NCBI GenBank assembly: GCA_002269645.1
Contig: NIVC01003319.1
Location: forward strand, 1 to 57,908
Direction: 5' to 3'
Source: Macrostomum lignano
Taxonomy: Eukaryota
Length of the DNA stretch: 57,908 nt
Program-made: the position numbers and the translations under genes
Notes under the pieces: model-generated
Told to the model about the DNA's origin: nothing
Databases searched by the model: none
What the model saw: the letters and a program-made list of their open reading frames with translations, nothing else
Shown: in pieces, positions 46,200 to 57,908 of the stretch
Layout of the letters: every line of letters starts with the position of its first letter
Numbering within the stretch: position 1 is the stretch's first letter

Positions 46200-46535
46200 C
46201 AGGGGCGTCGCCACGGGTAGGGACAGTGGCGACATTTCCCCCCAGTAAAATATATGGGGGGGACATGCCAATGCTTTGTCCCCCATCCCTCCTTGTGAGC
46301 CGTAATGGAAATCAATAATTTTGCTTCAGGGTGACAAAATATAGCGCCTGCTGCACTAGAATGAGTTCCTGTGGCGTCAAAATGAGTCCCTGCGGCGCCA
46401 AAATGAGTGCCTGCGGCGCCAAAACGAGCGCCGACAACACCGATTCTGAAAATAATGTACATGTAGGAATTTTGTCATGTCCATGTACGTATAGAATTCT
46501 TGGCTTGTCCTCCCCAATCCATGGCAACGCCCCTG
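46200..46535. mobile_element. hAT-type MITE with internal 21-bp tandem units
   Basis: TIRs CAGGGGCGTCGCCACGG / CCATGGCAACGCCCCTG. 8-bp flanks AACTTTAT / TTCTTTAT (6/8 match). Confidence 0.75.
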
Positions 46536-46936
46536 TTCTTTATTGCTTATTCTTGCTTTTTCAGCAGTAAATCTTATGTAAAATATTTTCACCCAATTCT
46601 GAAAGTCCAAATTATTATAGAAGCCGCGAAATTTCTAGCGATCACGAAACAGTTTGGCGTTTTGACAATAATTTTTAATTATTATAAAGCATAACTGTCC
46701 TTCGACGGTTCAAAGGATCCAAAATTGTGTGTCCGACTGAAAGGTGGCTGACTACAGATTAAAGTTTATACAAATTTTCATCAAAATCTACACGAGCCTA
46801 CATTCTATGGTAAACTAATTCCAAAGAAAGCGCTATGCCTAAATAACAAATAAGCAATTAAATCAGCTCGTATAAAGGCAGATTTCAACTTTCCAACGCA
46901 GTGCTCGTTAAAAAAACTTAATTGCTCTAGTAAAAC

Positions 46937-47542
46937 ATGGCTTGCTATAAGGCGGCAAATCTTCGCTGGCCCTGCTATCACCATTTTCGCAGTTTGGACA
47001 TCGGCGCTAACTGCTCCAGTCATTCACCGTTGCAGCCTTCTGAGCTTCCAGAAGAGCAGCAGCAGCAACAGCAGCAGCAAACAAGCAGTCAGGAACCAAC
47101 ATCGACCACTGGACCTTGCGGCACTGCTGCTTCAACCAATCAGCCACCAGTCGTTTGCAAGCGCTGCAAAAAGTATCTCAGCCTGTTGAAGGTGCTCCGT
47201 CAGACCAGAGATTGCAGCAACGGCATCGCCAACGGCTACGGCTGCTGTCACACCGGCTGCTGCAGCGACGATCGATGTGGACGAAGGTCTGCTGTCGAGC
47301 AGGGAGATCGTCAGCCCGAGCTGACAGCAAATGACGCCGGTGGTGCTTCATCGGGTTTCGGCACCGGAAAATTGCAGAACCGATGCAGTTTCTGTTGCGG
47401 CTGCTGTCCCAGTGACGGAGATACGAGTACGAGTAGCCGGTTGGGAAGTGCTCAAAGCTGCGCTACTCATAATCAGACTGCAGTGCATGGCTCAAATCGA
47501 AGTGCTGAGCCGCGAAGGCAGACTGGGTGTCGGATTATGTAG
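46937..47542 (+). CDS. Orphan 201-aa Cys-cluster/poly-Q protein
   Basis: GC-rich open frame with a CAG tract like the bona fide exons here; acceptor-like TTGCTCTAG just upstream of the ATG. No recognisable family. Confidence 0.55.
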   Translation: MACYKAANLRWPCYHHFRSLDIGANCSSHSPLQPSELPEEQQQQQQQQTSSQEPTSTTGPCGTAASTNQPPVVCKRCKKYLSLLKVLRQTRDCSNGIANGYGCCHTGCCSDDRCGRRSAVEQGDRQPELTANDAGGASSGFGTGKLQNRCSFCCGCCPSDGDTSTSSRLGSAQSCATHNQTAVHGSNRSAEPRRQTGCRIM

Positions 47543-49187
47543 ATTGATGTCTTTGTAGCTGCAATCGCATATGTAGAAGTTTTGGTCAGTAAACTTCGTT
47601 TGTTCGTTAGTGAGAATAGATTTTTAAGTTGAAGCTGTTACTTTTTATTACTTTTGCACAGGTACATGTACATGCATGCTATTTAAAAATATTATAACAC
47701 AGAAACCCTTCAGATGCACATGTAGGTGAGCTGACAGAGGTCAATGACAGTAATTTGCCGTATATATATACTCGTATAACTTCTGGTAGTTATGCATAAC
47801 TTCAATACTATATATACTAATTGAGGAGTAATGCAGTCGGTATTTAAATAGTTAAGGAAGGAACAAGGAAGACCAAGTACCATTAAAACCCACAAATTAC
47901 TTTAAAAAATCAATAAAGATTTATTAGATTAGCCGAAGTGATTGTTCTAAATTTGTCGTAAATACAATCAGCTCATTCACATCTAATATTTGCTACATGA
48001 AGGCTAAAGAGAGGCGTCCCCTGTTGTTGCAACTTCAACAGATGTTTTCACTTTTAATAGAGCTAGCTGGCTAAATATTACTTTTCCACAAGCAACACTA
48101 ATTTAAGCATTCACAGAGATCGAGTGCAAGCGTCAGTTCCTTTGTTATCAGCTTCATGAACTTGATCGGAAGCGACTTTGAGCAACATCCAGCCATTGCT
48201 TTCGAATATTCGACTTGGTTTGTTGATTTTTTGTATAGGAATGTACATGCATTAGTCAGGGCTAATGAACTGCCATCTTCTTAGTGTATTCCCTTAGCTT
48301 TAAATGAGTGAATTTTGTCTGTGGTAAAAACCTATCTGATTAATAGTTCAGCCCGGTTTCAGAAGGTGCCATAGATGATGCTTTTGGTGCCGCAGGACAG
48401 GCTCGGAGATATAAAATCCCGGAAGCCGGTTTCTGTCCTTGGGCGGAGAGAGCGTAACGGTAGGTGGGTGCAGCATTTTCAGCGGGGTGACCCTGTCCTG
48501 TAGGTCCTGTAGTCCAAGTTCGTAAACTTTAGTACCTCCTTTTGCAGTTTCTAAGAAATATCGAGTAGCCTAATAGCTAAGTTTCTATTTTAATGAAAAA
48601 ATTGAAAGCATCGTTCAAAGACTTGTGTACGTACGATCGTAATCACAAATATGAGCGAACCGAAGGACTTAGGATTTTATTACTCCGAGTGAGGGGAGAG
48701 AGAGAGTGAGTAAGCGAGAGACAGAGAGAGCTTTTTGGTGAAAAAATAGATAAAGAAGAAAGATTATTCTTCTTAAAAGAAAAAAACTTGAATTTAAAAA
48801 AAAAACAAAAAACAAAGACTTGCTAACATGGGTCAGTAGGTTTCCAATCACGGATGCATCCATCAAAATTCAGAACTGAAGAGTATAATTGAAGAGAAAT
48901 CCAAACTATGCTAGGCGTGCGACGTGAACAAATTTACTAATCATATTAATTATTTAGTGAGAATATTAAGCTTTTCATGTTAAAAGCAGTAGATGAAAAT
49001 AAAGCTTCCATTCGAAGCAATTAATATATATTAAGAGGTGTTAAAGAAGCAAAAATATACGGGTGCTGAGTAGCTAGTTTTAACAAAGCATGATTGGAAA
49101 AGATCTTCTATGGCTCGATTTTCCTTCAATTTTCCTGTTTGTAGAAACCAACAAATTGAATATATTCAATCGATGTGCGTGCTTATG

Positions 49188-51092
49188 CTAAGCGCACAGG
49201 GAGTCGTCAACCTGAGCGATGTTCACCTTGCCGAAGACGTCGTTGTTGCCGCCTGGCTTTCCTGCGACCTGCTTGCCGGATGGGCTCGCGTAGCTGCCGC
49301 CGCCGCCTCCGTAGCCGTCCTCGCTGTCGCCGGATCCTCCGCAGCCGCCAGAGTAGCCGCCGCCTCCGCCGCCGCCTCCACCGCGGCCGTCAGGAGGAGC
49401 TCCAGAGTTGCTGCCGCCTCCGCCGCCTCCGCCGTAGCCGCCGAACCCGTTGCTATCCGACCCACCGTTGCCCCCGGCCCAGTTGCCTCCGATGGTTCTT
49501 CCACCGTAGCCTCCTCCGCCTTTGTCCGTGGCTTGCGCTGTTCCGTCTGAACTCCAGCCAGCTCCGCCGGCTCCCGAGTTATCATTGCTGTCTCCTTCAC
49601 CGCCTTGCCCGTCTGATGTCCCGCAAGAGCTTTCAGTGCTGCTTGTTCCGTCTCTGCCGACCGATGAGGAAGACTCGGCACCGCCGCCTCCTCCTCCGCC
49701 GGCCGCCAGCAGCAGGTTCTCGGTGCCGTCTGTGTACACAAAACTGCCACCTCCCCCGCCTCCTCCGCCACTGCTGCCGCTGTTTCCCGGCTTACCAACA
49801 ACAACCGTGAGAGTTTGCGACGTGACCAGCCTGAAATTGGCGCTCTTGAATGCGCCTCTGCCGCTGTTTGCGTTAGCGGATGACTTGCCACCACTCGCGC
49901 CCCAAGCCGATATTCGATAGCAGCCATCGGCCGGCGGAATGAAAGTCAGCACCGATCCACTTTGGTTGCTCGAGTCTGTTGGAGGAGCTGCATAGAGTTC
50001 GATCGAATCAGTTACAGTGTTCTCTAATAGCACGAACGAGTTTGGTTAGAAAGAAGTTCCCGCGCTCGACTCACAATTAAAATCGGCTGGCGCACTGGTC
50101 ATAGTTGGTGTCGTAGTTTCAGTTGTAGTGGTAGTTGATGTTTTAGTGGTAGTTGGTGTTGTAGTTTCAGTTGTAGTGGTTGTTGGTGTTGTAGTGGTAG
50201 CTGGTGTTGTAGTGGTAGCTGGTTTTGTAGTGGTAGTTGGTGTTGTAGTGGTAGTTGGTTTTGTAGTGGTAGTTGGTGTTGTAGTGGTAGTTGATGTTGT
50301 AGTGGTAGCAGATGTTGTAGTGGTATTTGGTGTTGTAGTTTCAGTTGTAGTGGTAGTTGGTGTCGTAGTTGTAGTTGGTGACGTAGTTGTAGTTGGTGAC
50401 GTAGTTGCAGTTGGTGTTGTAGTGGTAGTTGGTGTTGTAGTGGTAGTTGGTGTTGTAGTGGTAGTTGGTTTTGTAGTGGTAGCTGGTTTTGTAGTGGTAG
50501 TTGGTGTTGTAGTGGTAGTTGGTTTTGTAGTGGTAGTTGGTGTTGTAGTGGTAGTTGGTGTTGCAGTGGTAGTTGGTTTTGTAGTGGTAGTTGATGTTGT
50601 AGTGGTAGTTGGTGTTGTAGTGGTAGTTGGTTTAGTAGTGGTAGCTGGTATTGTAGTGGTAGCTGATGTTGTAGTGGTAGTTGTTTTTGTAGTGGTAGCT
50701 GGTGTTGTAGTGGTAGTTGGTGTTGTGGATGTTGTAGTCAAGGCTGTAGTTGTGGCGCTCGTAGAGCCACAAGCTGCCCGATTTCGAAGCGTCTGCGTGT
50801 CGCACGTCGGCCCCTCGGTGCTCTGCCACTTTAGCAAGAGGTCGCAGCTGTTGCCAAGGACGCAGGTTTTGGTGCCAGGCAGGTACTGGTAGACAGAGCA
50901 CACAGTGGTGTTAACCGCGCACTCAACCGCGCACACTCGAGAGTCAAAAACTCCGAACACTTTGCGCTGGTCGCCAGCAGCCGGGGCCGCCTCCGCGAAG
51001 CACAGGTCCGGCCTCTTGTCGAAGACGAAGGTCACACCGGCAGCTCGAGAGCTCCAGATGGCCACAATGATGACAATGCTCGCTAAAGACAT
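49188..51092 (-). CDS. Secreted protein, about 605 aa: signal peptide - PAN/apple - Thr/Pro mucin stalk - ALK/LTK-like glycine-rich domain; exons 51092-50075 and 49987-49188
   Basis: An 87-nt intron GTGAGT..TATGCAG (50074-49988, phase 1) joins the two ORFs. CAVEC..CSVYQY..TCVLG (PAN). YRISAWGASGG..VVVG..GGGGGSFV..LLAAGGGGG..GGFG-type GGYGGGGG..GGGGSY..GKVNI (glycine-rich domain). Confidence 0.85.
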
Positions 51093-51469
51093 TATTGAAC
51101 GTCGTCCAGTAAGTCGGAATAAGCTGACTGAACTGATTAAGAGACTTTACGAGTAGGTTTGAGAAATTTTTGAATTGACGCAAAGCCGGGGTAGTAAAAC
51201 CCTGCTTTAATAAGAAAGTCTCAGGCCTCAGGTCCTCTGAGGCTGAGTTATATTTTCTTGGGACTGTCTCATGTTTCGTTTCCATGGAAACTTTGAGCAA
51301 CAAACTGTCAGAGAAAAAAACAAAAAAACGAGAGAAAAAGGGAGCAACAGAGGGGAAGCGTGAGACCACATTAACGTAGCTAGGATATTGGGATAGGATC
51401 GGGGATGGTTCTAGTTGTGGAGATAAAAGCTGAAAATGTTAAGCAAAAGCTAAAAAGACTGAGTTTTTG

Positions 51470-53102
51470 TTAAAATATGTGCCAAAAACAAAGAATTGCC
51501 ACAAAAGGGGACATTAGAGACATTAGGGAACAAAGAGACGCTACTGAGAGACGAGTCGCAAAGATCGATTGGTCTACATTAGGCTTACGTTGATCGAAAG
51601 CTCTAAATCGTCTGAGTTGTAGTGAAGCGTCTTTTAAGTCACCCAAGAAACTTCTGTCCGGAGTTACCATCCATTAACGGTCGATATCTCAGCTGTTCCA
51701 TTTCAAAACGACAACCATTAAACATGTCTTCAACTTCGGAAGCCAGCCACAGAAGCACTGCCGGATTCTCACTGTTTTCTGCTGCAGCGTGTAAAATTGT
51801 TCGGTTTTTGAGGCTTTTAACAGAAATGCTTTCTTTAAATCGATTTTTTAAGCCAACGTTTGAAGAGCTTCCAATGCTTGATGTTTGAAAGCAACGTACA
51901 CCGCACTCTCTCCATCATTGTCGATATCGAAAAATCGCTGCTTGACTTCAACTTCAGAGACAAGCCAAAGAAACGCCGACTGATTCTCGCTGTTTTTAGC
52001 TGCAGAATGCAAAATCGTTTGATTTCTCGAGCCTTTGGCGGAAAGGCAGTTTTGCAAACCGAGTTCCGTTGCTAATGCCTGAAATGTCTCCAAGTCTTGA
52101 TTTTTAGATGCAGCATACACGACTGTCTTTCCATCCTCGTCTGGATCAAAGAATCGCTGCTTGTTAACTTCGGAAGCGAGCCACAGAAGCACTGACTGAT
52201 TCATATTGTTTTCAGCTGCCGCATGCAAATTGTCCGACTTCTGGGACCCTTGGCGGAAGCGCACAGTTCCAAACCGAGTTCCTTTGGCAATGTCTGAAGA
52301 GTGTTCCAAGTCTTGGCATCTAAAGGCATTATACACAGCACTCGTTCCATCCTTGTCTGGATCGAAGAATCGCTGCTTGTCTTCAACTTCGGAAGCGAGC
52401 CATAGTAGCACTGAAGGATTCTCACTGCTCATTGCCGAAATGTGTAAAATCTGTCTTCCTCGGCATTTGACGGAAAGGCAGTTTTTTCAAACCGACCGCC
52501 GTTGCTAATTTCTGAAGAGCCTCCAAGTTTTGATATTGGAAAGCAACATGCACGGCACTCTTGAAATCCATCCTCGTCTGGAATGAAGAACTGCCGTTTG
52601 TCTTTTATCGTGGAAGCAAGCCAACGAAGAAAATCTGGGTTTTCGCTGTTTTGAGCAGAAATGTGCAAAGGTGTTTTCATCTCAGCATTCGGCTCTTCGA
52701 CCAACTGTTGTCCACATTTGTCGCAAATAATTTGCAGTGATTGGACTGCCGAACCTGTCTGCTTGCAGCAACAGGCAAAGTGAAGCATGTTGTTGAATTC
52801 GTCGCTTCTCACTCTGAGGCACGGATCAGGACGTCTGTCAGCAGAGAATTTTAACAGCTGGACATCGGACGTGACAGCTGCCAGAAACAGCAGTGCCTTC
52901 GCTTGTATATCATTCTGATCCTCAATGCACTTTTTAGTGTCCTTGCTATTCTGTTCTGCTCTATCAATGTCGTCATTATGGCAGGCTTTGAGCAATTCAT
53001 TGTGCCACTCTCTGCACTGGCTGTCTGCCTCGCTCCAGTTGGATTCGAATTCGAATTCACACAGTCCAAATTGATTTTTAAGTCGAAGTCCTCATCATCC
53101 AT
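51470..53102 (-). pseudogene. Frameshifted ankyrin-repeat gene (about five two-ankyrin super-repeats; possible C-terminal membrane anchor); pseudogene or assembly-error-ridden gene
   Basis: Recurring LHxxAxNSENxxVLLWLASEVxxKQRFFDxDxDG every about 217-221 nt across several frames. Acceptor TTTTTACAG upstream of MDDEDF. Confidence 0.7.
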
Positions 53103-55711
53103 TGTGCGCGTCTGGCACAGCTGTGAATTCTCCGGGCTGTAAAAAGTAATCGATTTTTTAGATTTAGGCTAATTAAACCAATGCGTGGATTTAAAAATGT
53201 CGAACCTAGTGATGAATTGTGAAGGCGTTTCTATGTTCCCCTGTAGATACATTAAGACTTACGGACATTTCCCCTCAAGCACTTTCCTTTTGACATCACC
53301 GTCTAGACAGTAGTATAGTGTGGTAGAGAGAGGTGTGGATATTGGAGTTGCAACGGCCGTAAGTTCAACTCACGACTTAGAGGGCAAAGAAATGAACCGT
53401 AGCTACTACAAGCCGAGTTTTTCATAAATAACACGGTTCATAATCAAAATTAAAAACCAGTAAATTTCGTTTTTTAAGAAATGTGCAATTAACTTACAGG
53501 GGTATACTTAAAATCAACAAGTAGAGCAGAGCACCTAAATGATTCCAGCAGTACGGTGTGTGCATGCCTTTGTGACGTTGTCAGTTTAAGGTGGTCCCGA
53601 AAAGGGCCGCTGGACTATATTTTCCCTTGTAATTTCTCATATTAATTCCTCCAATAGTTTATTTTAACGTTTACTTATAGTAGCGTGCAAATAATTTTTA
53701 TCAACTGCTAATTCACTGTGTATTTGATAGACCTTGCGCCCGTCTGTAAATTTTGGCACGATCGATAATTTTAAGTTCTCTCGCCAGCCAATGAAAACCA
53801 CTCGTGCTTCGCGCTACCCCCCCTCTGCGCTCCTTTATTAAACCCCCCGTCTGGCGGCGGGCTGGTTTTTCACTTTCTTTTCTTTCCTTCGTGCTGTGCT
53901 TGTTTGTTCTTCGCGACTCTTGTTTTCCTTCTCTCTGTCTGGGCCAGCCTGTTACACTGCCTGCCACTGTCTGCCACGGCTAACGCCAATCTCACCACTA
54001 CGCATCTGCCACTGTTGTACTCATCGCCGTTACTCACCACGTTGCATCGTCTTGCATCACTCGCCTACCACTCGACTACAATCTCTAACTCACCTTCAAT
54101 TCAAAACCATTGTTGCAGCCGCCAGTGCCCCAAAGCGCAATAAGTTCTATATTGATATTAACCGCATCGAATATTGATCTCAACAATAATAACCAACTAC
54201 GGCCAGTTTCCGGCCTTGTATGCCAAGTGCTCCGCTACACAAATCCGCTATCAAGACTTGACTCGATTCTTTTGGGACTAAAACGGCCCTTTTAAGGGTC
54301 ACGGACAACATCAAATAACGTGACACCTTTGAACAACTATATTAATTCCAACGATTGGTTTTCAAATTTGATATAAACAATCTATGTGCTACTCGCAAAG
54401 TAAGGTAAGTATTTTAAAACAAAGTCCAAAGGTTTTAGTACCATTCACAAGTAAATATATTTATTATGCATATAATATTTTAAGGACTAAAATTAATATT
54501 GCATGCAATAATATTCACTAGAGACAATTTGCACCTCAGCGCAAAGCCTTCGGCGACATCGTTTTACTTATTTCCAACTGCTCAAAGGTCATGTGTCTGC
54601 CCAAATCTCCCATAAACAGACTTACAGTAACTACAAGGATTTCAGTTCAATACTTTACAGTTCAGTTCAATACCTCCCTTTGGCCTCTTCGTGTGGTCGG
54701 TGGAATGAGGTCTTTGTTGTTGTTGAACACATGATTGTTTGAAATGAGTCCAGCGGCTTATAGCCTACGAGTACAAGTACAACAAGCCTACAAGGCGTCT
54801 TGATGGCATTTCGCAAATTTTACAGCAGGGGCTGCAACGACTTTCATAGCCGGAAGGGATGAGATGCCCTCACAGTCCACTGGCACTGGCAACATGCTTC
54901 GAACTGATAGTAAAACGTTTCTCACTCCTCACACTCGCTACTCTCAGTAGCAGATCGCTCCCCAGTCACTCGGTCTCATTCTCTCGGCCAGGGTACAATA
55001 CGTAAGTGCTTTCCACCTAATTCTTGCCTCTGCGAGGCCAATAGCTGAGAGTCTAAATTTTGGACTGGGCAGAGAGAAAACAATAGAGCATAAACAATTT
55101 TTTGGCGCCAAATTCTTGGCTTAGCTGACTTAAAAAGCTTTATTGACCAGAGAGAGAATGAAGTTTTGAGAGAAATAATCTTCTTCTCTCTTCTTCTCCT
55201 TAGAAAATCCTGCAGGACATCAGCCACGGCGCTCTGCAAGGCGGCTCTCGAGTCTACGAATCCCGATAGAGAGTTTTGAGTGCAGCTGCTGGCTAGGGGC
55301 TGATTCGCTGAGAACTGAGGGAGCGGCTCTGAGAGGGACGAGTGAGAATAACGGTAGTTACATGTGTTTAACTTAAGTGCTTCTTTATCTCAAGGGCCAG
55401 GTAAAGAATTCAGCTCATGGATGAGAGACAAATGAGAGAGGAAATGAGAAAGACTCGAAGATGAGAAATGAGACAGGATAGGAGAGGCGTGAGATGGGAT
55501 CAGAGAACAGATTTTAAAAGATAAGAGGAGAGAAGAGGGGAGAGAAGAGGGGGAGGTGAGAAGAGAGAGAGAGAGAGTTGATGAGACACAATTTAAACCT
55601 TGAGCGGGCATGTTGCTTTTATGAAGGGGTTTCAAAGGACACAAGGGACAAAGGACGTATTTTTTAATTTACATTTTCTTATAATCATCAAAAATAAATA
55701 ATACCATCATT

Positions 55712-57908
55712 TCAAACCTTTTTAGAATCTTCATTATTCGGCTGATTAGCGCCTTCTAGTGCAAAAATAAGCATTCTAGCAGCCACTTCGTTGCCAAATT
55801 CTTGAGCACGGAGCAATAAAGTTTGAAGACACTTTTTTGAATGATCAGCATTTGCGGCAAATAGAAGTAGCTCTAAAACTTTATTGTGACCATTCTGTGC
55901 TGCAATGTAGAGAGGTGACTCGCCAGTTTTCATTGAATATTGATATCGGCTTGAGCCCAGATGAGTAACTTCACTATCCGATCATGGCCATTCTGCAATG
56001 CAACATACAGAGGTGACTCGCCAGTGTTGCACCGAAGATTTGCATCGGCATGCGCTTTGATAAGTGAATTCACTACAGTTAATTTGTCATTGCGGGATGC
56101 AATGTAGAGAGGTTGGCGCCAGTGTTACGTCGAAGATCGACGTCCGCTTGTGCCTTGATGAGTAGGTCCACAACGAGACTGTGACCGTTCTGCGCCGCAA
56201 GGTAAAGAGGTGAGCAGCCGGATTTACGTTGGATATTCATGTCGGCTTGTGCTCGTATCACAGATTCAACAATTCGCAAATGCTCTTTCTGTGATGCATA
56301 GTGGAGTGGTGACTTGTTATTGTTTCTTAGAATATTCACGTCAGCTTGTGCTTTAATGAGCAAGTTTACAACTTGACGATGACCATTTTGAGACGCAATT
56401 ATTAGAGGTGTCTCGCCAGATTTTCGCTGAGCGTTGACTTCAGCTTTTGCTCGAATAAGTGATTTCACTGCTTGCTCGTGACCATTTTGAGATGCAACGT
56501 AGAGAGCTGAGCAGCCAGCGTCATTTTGAATATTGACGTCGGCTTGTGCAAGAATCAACGCCTCAGCCACCTTCTGATGCCCATTCTGCGAAGCAATGTA
56601 GTGGCGAGCAGCCGCCAAAACCATTGAGATCAAGGAACGCATTTGCTTTAATGAGTGCATCTACTATTTGTTGGTGACCATTTTGTGATGCAATGAAGAG
56701 AGGTAAGTCACCACCGCTTCTTTGAAGATTAGCATCGGCTTTAGCTTTTATGAGAGATTCTGAAACATTCAGGTGGCCATTCTGCGACGCAACGAAGAGC
56801 GGTGAGCTGCCATCGGCTGCCCTAGCATTGACGACAGCTTGGGCTTTAACTAGTGAGTCCACAACGTCCTGATGTCCATATTCAGCTGCAATGTACAGAT
56901 GAGGTGACTCGCCATCAGTTCTGTCAAGATCGATGTCGGCTTGCGCTCTGATGAGTGTGCCGACAACAAATTTATAACCATTCTGCGATGGAACATAAAG
57001 AAATGACTCGCCTGTGTTTCGTTGAAGATTTACATCTGCTTGCGCTTTGATTAGTAAATCTAAAACTTCCCGATGACCATTCCCGAAGACAGGTGAGCAT
57101 CCTTCTGTCTTCTCCTGGTGGTTGACATCGGCTTGGCACTACGTAATTAGCGAATTCACTGCCTGCAGATGACCGTTCTGTGATGCAAATATCAGGGATG
57201 TTACGCCAGTTTTAAGTTGAATATTGGTGTCGCGCTTGCGCTTCGGTTAGCAATAGAACTATTTGTTTGTGACCTTTTTGTGACGCCATGAGAAGCGGTG
57301 AGCAGCCACCAGTTTCTTGGAGATCGACGCTGGTTTTTGCATCAATAAGTAATTTGACGACTTTTTGTGCGATGCAATGTATAGAGGCGAGCCGCCTTGG
57401 CTGTTTTGAAGATTTACATCGGCTTGTGCTTTGATGAGTAACTCAACAAGTTGCTGAAAACCATTCTGTGATGCAATGTAAAGAGGTGACTCTCCAGTGC
57501 AAAGTTGAATATTGACGTCGGCTTGGGCTTTAATCAGTAAGTCTACGATCAGATGGTGACCATTTTGTGCTGCAATACATAGAGGCGAGCCGCCTTGGTT
57601 CTGCTGCAAATTGACATCGGCTTGGGATTTTATAAGCAAGTCTACTATGATGCTGTGACCATTCTGTGATGCAATGTAGAGAGGTGAACAGCCGCCAGTG
57701 CAGTAATCTCTTGGAGATTAACGAGAGCCTGCGCGCTAATGAGAGAGTCTACGACTTGTTGATAATCATTTTCAGACGCAATTAGAAGAGGTGTCACACC
57801 ACTCCTGATCCGAAGATTGATGTCGACTTTGGCTTTGATCAGCGAATCCAAGACTTGTTGATAACCAAACTTTGAAGCGATGAAAACAGCACTGAGTCCA
57901 TCATCGTA
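55712..57908 (-). pseudogene. 5'-partial ankyrin-repeat gene, about 21 tandem 33-aa units (SPLYIASQNGHxxVVxxLIKAQADVN), with many indels
   Basis: About 99-nt periodicity; ORF fragments in different frames carry the same consensus; non-repeat C-terminus ends at the stop at 55712. Confidence 0.8.

Noticed and set aside
50020-50074. Stop/frameshift between the mucin and Gly-rich ORFs
   Set aside because: Resolved by an 87-nt intron using the acceptor at 49988; the nearer TTAG acceptor would create a stop.
49110-50892. Val-rich and Pro-rich ORFs opposite the mucin/Gly-rich gene
   Set aside because: Antisense or alternative-frame shadows.
53200-53320. C/D-box snoRNA (GTGATGA)
   Set aside because: No suitably placed D box (CTGA) or terminal stem.
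54900-55361. Possible LTR (ends ..GTTACA; TGGCGCC PBS-like motif; AATAAA on the - strand)
   Set aside because: No matching second end, TSD, polypurine tract or gag/pol remnant found; left unannotated.

Overview
Eukaryotic (animal) genomic DNA with spliceosomal introns, GC-rich exons and AT-rich intergenic DNA. The poly-Q/poly-A tracts, minisatellite-filled introns and LYIASQNGH-type ankyrin arrays suggest a Macrostomum-like flatworm (inference only). Genes reconstructed by hand from splice sites: (1) a 5'-partial, probably secreted ShKT/PAN/Cys-module protein with Lys-rich and poly-Ser tail (+, to 2919); (2) a 7-coding-exon RBBP6 homolog (-, 4785-12749; DWNN+RING+RS, no zinc knuckle found); (3) an intronless farnesyltransferase beta subunit (-, 16285-17655); (4) a 6-exon Sestrin (+, 26323-40322); (5) two small orphan ORFs; (6) a 2-exon secreted PAN-mucin-ALK/LTK-like glycine-rich protein (-, 49188-51092); (7) two frameshifted ankyrin-repeat genes near the right end. 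Non-coding DNA holds about a dozen minisatellites, four copies of a tRNA-derived CORE-like SINE, several MITEs (one nested pair) and a 1.35-kb element with apparently identical 337-bp TIRs. Most long ORFs in the supplied track are repeat or antisense artefacts. No rRNA, tRNA gene or CRISPR array was found. I see no clear multi-gene novel system. The best leads are the unusual protein architectures and the relationship between minisatellites, splice signals and a MITE. All alignments and counts were done by eye.
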